64,000 nucleotides of DNA from a virus: IMG/VR virus record IMGVR_UViG_3300046674_000314, positions 1 through 64,000 of that record. The stretch is one strand, 5' to 3'. Positions 9,493 through 17,314 of this stretch are shown here, one piece after another. Below the pieces are notes generated by a model that did no database searches, was not told the DNA's origin, and saw only the letters and a program-made list of their open reading frames with translations. Numbering within the stretch: the stretch's first letter is position 1; every line of letters starts with the position of its first letter. The translations under genes and the position numbers were made by a program.

Positions 9493-9750
9493 TTAAGCGA
9501 ACAGGTCGATTTGCGTCGACTCGATCACTTCTTCGACTTCCGCCTCTTCGACGTAGTTCGCAACGTAGATCGCTTCGGCTTCGTCGCTCGCTGCCAGGGC
9601 TGCGTTGAAAACCGCCTTTGCTGCCAAGAATTCGTCGTCGCCGATTTCCAGCGCGCGGTATGCCGCGGTCACGGCGCGAAACTTTGCCGAAGCTGCGCGG
9701 AAAGTGTCGAGCGCTGCGTCGTATGCGATTTGGTTTGCGTTCATTTTCAT
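9493..9750 (-). CDS. Acidic helical hypothetical protein with its own promoter
   Basis: GGAGA RBS; TTGACT box near 9811-9816 on the minus strand. Confidence 0.6.
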   Translation of the reverse strand: MKMNANQIAYDAALDTFRAASAKFRAVTAAYRALEIGDDEFLAAKAVFNAALAASDEAEAIYVANYVEEAEVEEVIESTQIDLFA

Positions 9751-9831
9751 CTCTCCGGTTCTGCGCTGCGGTCAGCGCGTGAGACAAATACTCTCACGGA
9801 GAGATGGCACAGTCAATAACTATTTTCGCTG

Positions 9832-10119
9832 TTAGTTCAGCATCGCGCCGGTTCGCGCGTCCCAATGCTGAATCTTGACGACGTGATTGCAATCGTCACC
9901 TGTGCAAATGCCGGGAATGCTCTGAATCCGCTTCGACGCATAGCGCTCGTTCGCCTCGGAAATCTTCGCGCGCTGGCGCTCTTCGTCGAGATGCCGGCAT
10001 GAGCGCATGCCATCGGACCAGATGACGCCATCGGGACACTTTTCATCGGGCGGGCTGTAAATGACGGCGTGCGCGTTGAGCGAAGCTGCGGCGAGAACTG
10101 CGGCGATTATCGTTTTCAT
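9832..10119 (-). CDS. Exported Cys-containing hypothetical protein
   Basis: MKTIIAAVLAAASLNAHA signal peptide, four Cys. Confidence 0.6.
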   Translation of the reverse strand: MKTIIAAVLAAASLNAHAVIYSPPDEKCPDGVIWSDGMRSCRHLDEERQRAKISEANERYASKRIQSIPGICTGDDCNHVVKIQHWDARTGAMLN

Positions 10120-10218
10120 GGTCTCTCTCGTGATGCCCTGGCGGGCGTGAGATTCGATTCTAGCGCGCAAACGGCCCGCCATCCGGTCGGATGACGAGCG
10201 CATGACGCAGAGTATCGG

Positions 10219-10485
10219 TTAGAGGTCGCGAGCGTCTAGGCGCTCGTGCTCTGCGCATATTGCGGCGGTTTCTTCGAGGCGCATCGCCTTCCAGCGTTCG
10301 AGCGAGTCAATCACGTCTTGAACGTCGCGCTCGATGCCCTTGTGACCGCGACCGCCGGCGACGAGCAGCTTTTTCGTCGCGTGTTGCAGGCACGGATCGG
10401 TCACAGCGAACAGGTCGAGCACGCGATAGACGTCGATCGACTCGAACGGGCACGGCTTGAAGTAGTGGTTATGCGGCTTGCTCAT
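10219..10485 (-). CDS. DUF3310-like protein
   Basis: HYFK...IDVYRVLDLF...QHATKKLLVAGGRGHK...DVQDVIDSL. Confidence 0.55.
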   Translation of the reverse strand: MSKPHNHYFKPCPFESIDVYRVLDLFAVTDPCLQHATKKLLVAGGRGHKGIERDVQDVIDSLERWKAMRLEETAAICAEHERLDARDL

Positions 10486-11561
10486 TTGCGCTCCTTCACT
10501 GCCTGCTCGATGGCGCTCATCGCCGCGTTATAGAACGTCGCACCCGGAATCCGCGAGCATTCTGCGTGAACCTGTTGCGCGATTTCCTTTGCTCGCTCAT
10601 CCGTCAGCGCACGCGGCTCGGCACGCTCAGGCGTCTCCTTGTTCGCGGCTAGGATTGCGCGGGCGAATTCGAGAATCGCGAAAGGTGCCGCTTGTTCGTC
10701 GAAACCTGTCTCACGCAACCATATGTCCCGAATCTGCTCATCCGTCAGCGCCGCATCCTTCCCGGCGTCCGCACGCTCCTGACTCGCGCCTGCTGCAATA
10801 AACGCTTCGTTTGCTGCTCTGGTCATTTTCTCTGCGACCCATTCGATAAAATCGACGGGAAGAGGCACCCCATCAGTTTCGCAAAGCATTACGACCTGAT
10901 CGTAAGTCCACGCCCCCGCTGTGTCGGCGTCCGCACGCTCACTCGCGCCTGCTGCTGTGCTAGGGGCGGCCGGTAGCGGCATCCAGTGCGTGATGTGCGA
11001 TGCGTCTCCGACTCGGCCCATCATGTTTTCGAAGTAACCGCCATGATCGCGCCATTGACAGAAATCGTGATCGGATACGTCCGCCTCGAATTGACGCCCT
11101 TCGTCCGATTCGCCATATTGAACAGCGTTCACCCACCCCAAGAACATGCGCCCATCTTTCGGCGCTGTTTCAATTGGCTGCCACGCCACCGCTGTTTCGG
11201 CGTCCGCACGCTCAGGCGTAGGGGCGGCGGATTGGCTGTACTCGCATCGGCAACCGGCGCAAATGTCGGCGGGATTGCAAGCGCTTTCCGGCTCCGGCTG
11301 CGCCTCACGCGGTGCGCACTCGGCTTGCGGGGTGGTGAGTGGCGTCGTGTAATCGCCTCCGCTTTTAAGCCGATCAAGCAGAATGTCGATCGGTTGCGCC
11401 TCACCCTTGCCACCATCGGCTAGAAGGGCGCGGGCTTCCTCGTCTCGCGCGCGGATCAAGTCGTTTGCGGCTTCATACACGTAATCCTTGAGGTCATCTT
11501 GACCTTCTTTGATCGTGAAGCCACGCTGCATGAAAATTGTGCGTATTTGATCTTTTGTCAT
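10482..11561 (-). CDS. Mosaic (Ea22/EaA-like) protein built from linker-flanked modules, including a DUF551-like module
   Basis: WQPIETAPKDG...ITHWMPLPAAP module; repeated linkers TPQAECAPREAQP, AAPTPERADA, ERADAGKDAALTD. Confidence 0.75.
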   Translation of the reverse strand: MTKDQIRTIFMQRGFTIKEGQDDLKDYVYEAANDLIRARDEEARALLADGGKGEAQPIDILLDRLKSGGDYTTPLTTPQAECAPREAQPEPESACNPADICAGCRCEYSQSAAPTPERADAETAVAWQPIETAPKDGRMFLGWVNAVQYGESDEGRQFEADVSDHDFCQWRDHGGYFENMMGRVGDASHITHWMPLPAAPSTAAGASERADADTAGAWTYDQVVMLCETDGVPLPVDFIEWVAEKMTRAANEAFIAAGASQERADAGKDAALTDEQIRDIWLRETGFDEQAAPFAILEFARAILAANKETPERAEPRALTDERAKEIAQQVHAECSRIPGATFYNAAMSAIEQAVKERK

Positions 11562-12118
11562 TTCTTCTCCTTAGCGGCCAAGGATTGCGCGGCAAAGGGT
11601 CATTAAGTCTTTGCAATCGATTCTGAATTCGCCGTCAACCCAATACCCGCCTGATATTTCAATCTCGTGCTCGATCCGCGCATCCGTCAGCGCCGCATCC
11701 TTTTCGGCGTCCGCACGCTCTTCCGATTTCATCCCGTCTTGTTGCAAGCGGCGCAGATGATCGTCAAGTCCTTTCTGCTTCAGTGCGTCGCGCTCACTCG
11801 CCCCCGCTGTGTCGGCGTCCGCATGCTCAGGCGTAGGGGCGGCGCTTTTAAGACAAGCAAAGCATCCGTTCCCACCGCAATGAGCGCACGGGGTATCAAA
11901 AGTGCCGTCATAGTTGAGCGTTGTTCTCGGCCCCACCGGCTGCGCACGCTCAGGCGTAGGGGATGCGAGACTTTCAATCAAGTCTGCAAGTTCGGCGCAA
12001 TCTTTACCGGTGAAAAACGGCTTGCCTTTGTCGAGATATTCGTGAGCGCGTCGAAGATCACGGAGCCATTGGTCTACCGGCTGCGCCTCACGCGGTGCGC
12101 ACTCGGCTTGCGGGGTGG
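10597..12118. repeat. Family of ~40-bp in-frame linker repeats shared by two tandem genes
   Basis: 11294-11335 = 12077-12118 (42/42); 11189-11229 vs 11804-11844 (39/41); 10739-10778 vs 11681-11720 (38/40); partial copies near 10597, 10912, 11391 and 11936. Confidence 0.92.
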
Positions 12119-12239
12119 CGTCCTGCCATCCACGATAGAACGATTCTTCTCGTGCGTATGCAGAGCAGGCGCTGTTGTGGCAAGTACGCGAATATTCAAT
12201 GTCAGTCAGGCCGCAGTGAGGACACGTTTCAATGGTCAT
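11571..12239 (-). CDS. Second mosaic protein with the same linker scaffold; Cys-rich modules
   Basis: Same linkers in the same order, unrelated inserts (CPHC..C..C; CAHCGGNGCFAC). Confidence 0.7.
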   Translation of the reverse strand: MTIETCPHCGLTDIEYSRTCHNSACSAYAREESFYRGWQDATPQAECAPREAQPVDQWLRDLRRAHEYLDKGKPFFTGKDCAELADLIESLASPTPERAQPVGPRTTLNYDGTFDTPCAHCGGNGCFACLKSAAPTPEHADADTAGASERDALKQKGLDDHLRRLQQDGMKSEERADAEKDAALTDARIEHEIEISGGYWVDGEFRIDCKDLMTLCRAILGR

Positions 12240-12263
12240 TTCTTCTAACACTCCTTTGGTTAG

Positions 12264-13181
12264 TCATGCGAACAACTCTGGCTGACGGTCGAGAAACCTC
12301 TTATCCTCTGTGGTCAGGCGCTTGCCTAGCTCGCTGTATCCCCAAGCGTTATAAGCCCAGCGCGCATAAGTATTATCTCGCAAACGATCGATTTCGAAAC
12401 CTTGATCTTGTATGCGTTTTTCGACCGCTTGGGACATTAGCGGCGCGAGATTGTCGTAATGCTGGCCCGCAACTTTCGCGTTCGGAGACTGGGAGGAAAA
12501 CGCCAGAGTCTTACCGTCCATGAATATGTTCCCGTGCGCACCGATCTGAACCCACGACGAGGAGTCGACGGAATACCATGGGTACCGCTCCATGAGTGGG
12601 GTGCTGGTAAGCCCGAAGCCATGTACCTTGATCTTTGGACGGCCAGCCCCATCGCAAAGGTACTTGCCCCAAATTCTGTCCAGCCAATGAAATAGTTGTG
12701 GAGTACTAATAGGCACCATACCGCCGATGGTAATGTATTCATAGTTCGCCATGTAATACTCTAGGTACCGCTCGTCCTCGCCATAGTGAAAGCATGGGAG
12801 CGGGCGAACGCCAAGCTGTTCCATAGCGAGTTGATTTTGATAGGTCTTCAATGGGTCACCAATACCGTCAAGTACGGATGCCATCATATCGTTATTTTCG
12901 TATCGGATCAGGTCCGAATTATGGTGTATCCATTGGCAGTACGCCGGAAGGTTGACGTCCACCCCCAATGAGAAAGCAGAGAAGGCGCCCGAGTCGAGGA
13001 ACACCTTGCGACCGCTTTCTCGTATGCGGTCTCGAAACGCATCTTTGTGAATGTAGTGGTACGATTCGAGATAGTTATCGACCGAATCAAGCGCCATCTG
13101 TTCATGATTATTGAGCTTGTCATATGCGGTCGACCCCTTATAGAAGTTCGCAGTGAAAATACCGGCGATGTAGAGATTCAT
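12264..13181 (-). CDS. dpdA: DNA 7-deazaguanine transglycosylase (TGT-like)
   Basis: VFLDSGAFS, IGGMV, KVHGFG and YPWYSVDSSSW motifs; last gene of the folE/queDCE cluster. Confidence 0.88.
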   Translation of the reverse strand: MNLYIAGIFTANFYKGSTAYDKLNNHEQMALDSVDNYLESYHYIHKDAFRDRIRESGRKVFLDSGAFSAFSLGVDVNLPAYCQWIHHNSDLIRYENNDMMASVLDGIGDPLKTYQNQLAMEQLGVRPLPCFHYGEDERYLEYYMANYEYITIGGMVPISTPQLFHWLDRIWGKYLCDGAGRPKIKVHGFGLTSTPLMERYPWYSVDSSSWVQIGAHGNIFMDGKTLAFSSQSPNAKVAGQHYDNLAPLMSQAVEKRIQDQGFEIDRLRDNTYARWAYNAWGYSELGKRLTTEDKRFLDRQPELFA

Positions 13182-13402
13182 TTGACCTCACTCCGCACGC
13201 CATCGGGGCAATCATAAACATAGACGTATTCTGCAAGCTTACCATGACGGCGCCCGGTTGGTTGCTGAGTGATTAGCTCGCAACCATGTGATTCTAAGAA
13301 CTTTTCGTGCTTAATGGAATCGTAGGTTGCAATTCCCAGCCCGGCAGCTACCACAATCAAAATTGCGATCAAAGTCACGCTCAACCAGGTGTCTTCTTTC
13401 AT
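13178..13402 (-). CDS. Small single-TM protein
   Basis: N-terminal hydrophobic helix; ATGA-coupled to dpdA. Confidence 0.6.
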   Translation of the reverse strand: MKEDTWLSVTLIAILIVVAAGLGIATYDSIKHEKFLESHGCELITQQPTGRRHGKLAEYVYVYDCPDGVRSEVK

Positions 13403-13408
13403 GGCGGA

Positions 13409-14062
13409 TTACTCGTTGGTTAAGGCCAGAAATTCAGCGCGGGCGGCTGGTTCAGTTTTCATCACGCCGCGCAATGCGCACGTCACAGTATCGGAGTTAT
13501 GCTGGGCGACTCCACGCGACTCGACGCACATATGCTTTGCATTGATGTGGACACCAACCCCCTTCGGGTTCAAATGCTCCATCAACGCGTCAGCAATTTG
13601 CGTCGTCAATCGCTCTTGGACTTGGAGTCGTCGCGCGAAGGCGTCAGCAAGCCGGTCCAGCTTACTAAGACCAAGCACCCGACCATTCGGGATATAAGCG
13701 ATGGTACAGCTTCCGATGATAGGAGCCAGATGGTGCTCGCAATGACTATAAATGCGAATATTCTTCCGCACGACCATTTCGTCATAGCCTTCGGCCCCAT
13801 CGTCGAATACCTTCAGCAGCCCGCCAATGTCCACATGGTAGCCGCTGGTCCAATGTTCCCAAGCCTTTGCGACCCGCTTGGGCGTTTCGAGCAACCCACC
13901 GCGCTCGGGGTTCTCGCCGATCACAACGTCCAGCAGATTGCGCACGACTTGCTCTTTCAGGCTTCGCGCGCTCGGGACTCGCCCAACCGCAGCGGTCATG
14001 CTATTGGCGCGGTTGAACAGAAGCGGGGAACCTTCATCTTCAGGGAAAAGATCGTTTTTCAT
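13409..14062 (-). CDS. folE: GTP cyclohydrolase I
   Basis: GLLETPKRVAK, SHCEHHL, GLSKL, RRLQVQERLT, HMCVESRG. Confidence 0.97.
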   Translation of the reverse strand: MKNDLFPEDEGSPLLFNRANSMTAAVGRVPSARSLKEQVVRNLLDVVIGENPERGGLLETPKRVAKAWEHWTSGYHVDIGGLLKVFDDGAEGYDEMVVRKNIRIYSHCEHHLAPIIGSCTIAYIPNGRVLGLSKLDRLADAFARRLQVQERLTTQIADALMEHLNPKGVGVHINAKHMCVESRGVAQHNSDTVTCALRGVMKTEPAARAEFLALTNE

Positions 14063-14557
14063 TTAGTCTTGGAATGCGCTAGGAAAAGCCAGTTTTTCGG
14101 GAATGTAGATTGCGCTGTTGCCCGCATGCTCGGAGCACTCGCAAGATACGACTTTCAGCCCATAGGCTGAAACAGCGCCGCTGTAATCCGCATTAATGAC
14201 GGAGTTGGCAATCTCCCACGCTTCTTCTGCAAAGCGCTCGACACCGACACCCTTATGAAAAATGCGGACTTCAGCAACCCCGGCGCGTTCCATTGCCATG
14301 AACAGGCCCATATCAGGATCGTCATAGGCGACGGCAATCTTGTGGTCAAAAGTCGCTTTGAGTGCGTCTTTCAGCGCTTTAAGCCCGCCAAAGTCCATCA
14401 CCCAGCCACGTTCGTCCAGCCTATCAGCGCTGAACACGAACTTGAACCCGAGCGCGTAGCCATGCACCAACTGGCAATGGGAGTGGTTGGCTCGCCATTG
14501 CCGGAAAGCGCACGAAAGCCCTTGTTCCTGCCCGTAGGATTTCGTTGAGAGATACAT
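14063..14557 (-). CDS. queD: 6-carboxytetrahydropterin synthase
   Basis: SHCQLVHGY, GWVMDFGGLK, FDHK, EHAGNSA. Confidence 0.93.
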   Translation of the reverse strand: MYLSTKSYGQEQGLSCAFRQWRANHSHCQLVHGYALGFKFVFSADRLDERGWVMDFGGLKALKDALKATFDHKIAVAYDDPDMGLFMAMERAGVAEVRIFHKGVGVERFAEEAWEIANSVINADYSGAVSAYGLKVVSCECSEHAGNSAIYIPEKLAFPSAFQD

Positions 14558-15231
14558 TAGACCGTTTCTCCTGCCTTATACTGCTCCCAGCCATTCGCGC
14601 GCAGCTTACATGCCGGGCACTCGCCGCAACCCGCACCCCATTCGTGCGAGAGTTGCCGGTCGCCTTCGTAGCAGGTATGCGACATGGTCAACACTTCGTC
14701 AAGCACCCCCGCTTCCTTAGCCGCTGCGAACGTTTCGGCCTTGTTCAGATACATTAGCGGAGTGGCGAAATGAATGTTGGTCTGGTAACCGATATTCAGC
14801 GCATTTTCCAGAGCAACGATGAACTGTTGACGGCAATCCGGATAGCCCGAATAATCGGTCTGGCACATTCCACCGATGACAGTATCCGCGCCTTTTTCTT
14901 GCGCGTATGCGTGCGCGAAGGTCAGCAGCAGCGCATTACGATTCGGCACGAAACTGTTGGGAACGCCGGTCATACGCGAATGCGGGTCAGCAACCGCGTC
15001 CGTTTCATTCGTCAACGCCGACGAGACCATTGAACCGAGCGCGCGCAAATTCAGAATTTCATACGGAACGTTGAGCTTCGCTGCGATCTTCTTGGCTTGT
15101 AGCAGTTCGACCAGATGGCGTTGCCCGTAATCGAACCCGAGAGCCAGCACTTCGTAGCCATTTGCAAGAGCCATGCCGAGAATGGTGGTCGAGTCTTGCC
15201 CACCCGAGAACAGAACGATAGCTTTGGACAT
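14557..15231 (-). CDS. queC: 7-cyano-7-deazaguanine (preQ0) synthase
   Basis: SGGQDS PP-loop, FVPNRN, DYSGYPDCR, TCY...GCGECPAC; no Gat domain fused. Confidence 0.97.
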   Translation of the reverse strand: MSKAIVLFSGGQDSTTILGMALANGYEVLALGFDYGQRHLVELLQAKKIAAKLNVPYEILNLRALGSMVSSALTNETDAVADPHSRMTGVPNSFVPNRNALLLTFAHAYAQEKGADTVIGGMCQTDYSGYPDCRQQFIVALENALNIGYQTNIHFATPLMYLNKAETFAAAKEAGVLDEVLTMSHTCYEGDRQLSHEWGAGCGECPACKLRANGWEQYKAGETV

Positions 15232-15240
15232 TTGATGTTC

Positions 15241-15321
15241 CTAGTTGAGATAGAAGTACAGACCGGTCAGCAGAGCGGCCCAACCGAGCAACGAGTATGC
15301 AGCGACTTGGACGGGATTCAT
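15241..15321 (-). CDS. 26-aa hydrophobic peptide between queE and queC
   Basis: MNPVQVAAYSLLGWAALLTGLYFYLN fills the intergenic gap almost exactly. Confidence 0.45.
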   Translation of the reverse strand: MNPVQVAAYSLLGWAALLTGLYFYLN

Positions 15322-15329
15322 TTTTGTAT

Positions 15330-16091
15330 TTACTCCATTCCGATCAGCTTATGCGTCTGCAAGCAAAGTATATATCCAAATTGCATTGTAGACTTAATGG
15401 CACGGCGTAGATTCATCTCGTTCTTTTGTTCATCTGCTTCGTAGAGATTCGTCGTGTACTGCACCGTGTTCTTTTCTTCGGCGGGCTGCACATAGATCGG
15501 CCCGCGATATCCCTCATGCGGCCTTGCGGGGGCGGCTGGCAAGCCCAATACGGAGCTTGGCAAGCCATCTTTTTCCAGCACCGAGCCAGCATTGACCACA
15601 TATTTATACGCGATAATCAGGGGCCAAAGGTCTTCATGTACCTTGCCAGCTTTGGGGCTGACAACTACGCCAAATTGCGGGTGCTTTTTCGGGATCGGTT
15701 CGCGGCCCCACGGCGAGAGCGTGCCATTCGTCTCGACCTGCACTTCAAACCGGTTGACGCGCAAGCCTTTGATTAGCGGGATGATGTTCTGCCGGAAAGG
15801 TTCGCCGCCCGTGATGACTACCAGCGGATTAGCCACGGACTCGTAACTAGCACCCATTGTAGCGATTGCTCGCGTAACGATGCTTCCGACTGATTCGTAG
15901 GCGCTTCCAGCTGTGTACTCAGTATCGCAACCAGGACACTGTAGATTACAACCAGCGAGCCGAATAAAAACAGCTGGGCGTCCGACATGTGGCCCTTCCC
16001 CTTGGATGGTATAGAAGATCGAATGGATCGACAGGTCGCCATTCTCCGAACGCTCGGACTTAACCGGCGCTTGCTTATTGATTGGGATCAT
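15330..16091 (-). CDS. queE: 7-carboxy-7-deazaguanine synthase (radical SAM)
   Basis: FYTIQGEG, FIRLAGCNLQCPGCDT, ITGGEP, VETNG, QTHK. Confidence 0.96.
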   Translation of the reverse strand: MIPINKQAPVKSERSENGDLSIHSIFYTIQGEGPHVGRPAVFIRLAGCNLQCPGCDTEYTAGSAYESVGSIVTRAIATMGASYESVANPLVVITGGEPFRQNIIPLIKGLRVNRFEVQVETNGTLSPWGREPIPKKHPQFGVVVSPKAGKVHEDLWPLIIAYKYVVNAGSVLEKDGLPSSVLGLPAAPARPHEGYRGPIYVQPAEEKNTVQYTTNLYEADEQKNEMNLRRAIKSTMQFGYILCLQTHKLIGME

Positions 16092-16318
16092 GAAACTAGA
16101 CTACTCCGACTAAGGGATCGGCACTATTGCCGGTGTCGAATGATAGTGGAACATTCCACTGCGCAGCGCTCTACCGTTTCTGCCCATAAGAGCCAACCGC
16201 CCGGGTGCGTAATTGGTTGTCATGGCGTCAAAGCGCTGCGCGGTGGAGGCACGGATTGCGGAACTATGGACCGTGCCAATACCAATGTGGCTAAATTCCT
16301 ACTCTGCGCGAGATTCGA

Positions 16319-17014
16319 TTACTCGGTTGCTGCGGCGCCGGCTGCATCGTCGGCTTCCGTACCCGGCAGTTCTTGCTGGGGTGCAGCAGCTTGGGCGGCT
16401 TGGGCTGCGGCTGCGGCCTTCGCTTCGTCGGCGACTTTCTTTTCCGCTTCCTTGTTCGCCTTGTCCGCGTCCTTCTTGGCCTTCAGTTCGGCTTTTTCCG
16501 CCTTCTTCGTTTCGCGGATCGAGTCGAGTCGAGCACGGCGAGCTTCGCGCGTTTCCGACAGACCGTAATACTTGCGCCAGCGGCCGTACTGCGTATGGAC
16601 CGTGCCGGTTTGCACTGCGCCGTTCAGCGCTGCCGTCAGCACTGCGCGCTCGACCGGACCACCAGCAGCTTGCGACAGCTTGTCGGCTTCGTCCCACACT
16701 TGCTTGGTCACGCCAGCTTGCGGGCGCGCGATGCCATTGCGTTCGTCCTTGGCGACCGGTGCGGGCTTGGCTTTCGCCGCTTCCTTTTCCGCCTTCTTCG
16801 CTGCCTTGTCGGCTTCGGCTTGCTTCTTCGCTTCGGCCTTCACGCGCTTGGCTTCTTCGTTCGCTGCCTTCTTCGCCGCTTTGTCGGCGTCGGCTTGCGC
16901 CTTCTTGTCGGCCTTGGCTTGTTCGGCTTCGGTCGGCTGCGGCGCCGGATTGACTTGCGTGTTGTCGGTTTGCGGAGCTTGTTCCTGATCCGGCGTCGTT
17001 TGATCTTCGTTCAT
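16319..17014 (-). CDS. Lys/Ala-rich protein with a central putative wHTH (VWxxAD...TQYxxW) domain; linker-histone-like architecture
   Basis: AKKA-type tails on both sides of GVTKQVWDEAD...GTVHTQYGRWRK. Confidence 0.7.
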   Translation of the reverse strand: MNEDQTTPDQEQAPQTDNTQVNPAPQPTEAEQAKADKKAQADADKAAKKAANEEAKRVKAEAKKQAEADKAAKKAEKEAAKAKPAPVAKDERNGIARPQAGVTKQVWDEADKLSQAAGGPVERAVLTAALNGAVQTGTVHTQYGRWRKYYGLSETREARRARLDSIRETKKAEKAELKAKKDADKANKEAEKKVADEAKAAAAAQAAQAAAPQQELPGTEADDAAGAAATE

Positions 17015-17314
17015 GGTAATCCTTTGTGGTGAGAGCGATTCGGGCACCGGCGTTTTAGCTCTGGTGTGAATGAATCATAATTGAGAACAGCGTCTAAATG
17101 CAAGACACTTTGATGTACCTCTACTTCTTTTCCGGCGCTTCCATTCCGAACTCGCGGGCCTCATTTCGAGCTAGGATAAAAGCATGCGCGGCGGTCCAGA
17201 GATAGCCAGCCCCTAACACATTAGGGCACGCACTGATCCGATAATACCCGTCGATCAGTTGGATATGCGGTTTGTTCCATCGCGGCGCCCGCATGGTTTT
17301 GTTCGAAAAGCCCA

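Noticed and set aside
10597-12118. CRISPR array (repeats with unique spacers, Cas4-like gene nearby)
   Set aside because: The repeats are of several types, irregularly spaced, in frame within ORFs and non-palindromic. There is no cas1/cas2, and the Cas4-like gene sits in an ordinary recombination module.
12264-16091. Auxiliary tRNA queuosine biosynthesis
   Set aside because: There is no queF/queA/queG, and the TGT-like protein has phage DpdA-type motifs, so DNA modification is the better explanation.
16092-16315. Known preQ1-I riboswitch
   Set aside because: No recognisable P1/loop and A-rich tail consensus; kept only as an unclassified structured leader.
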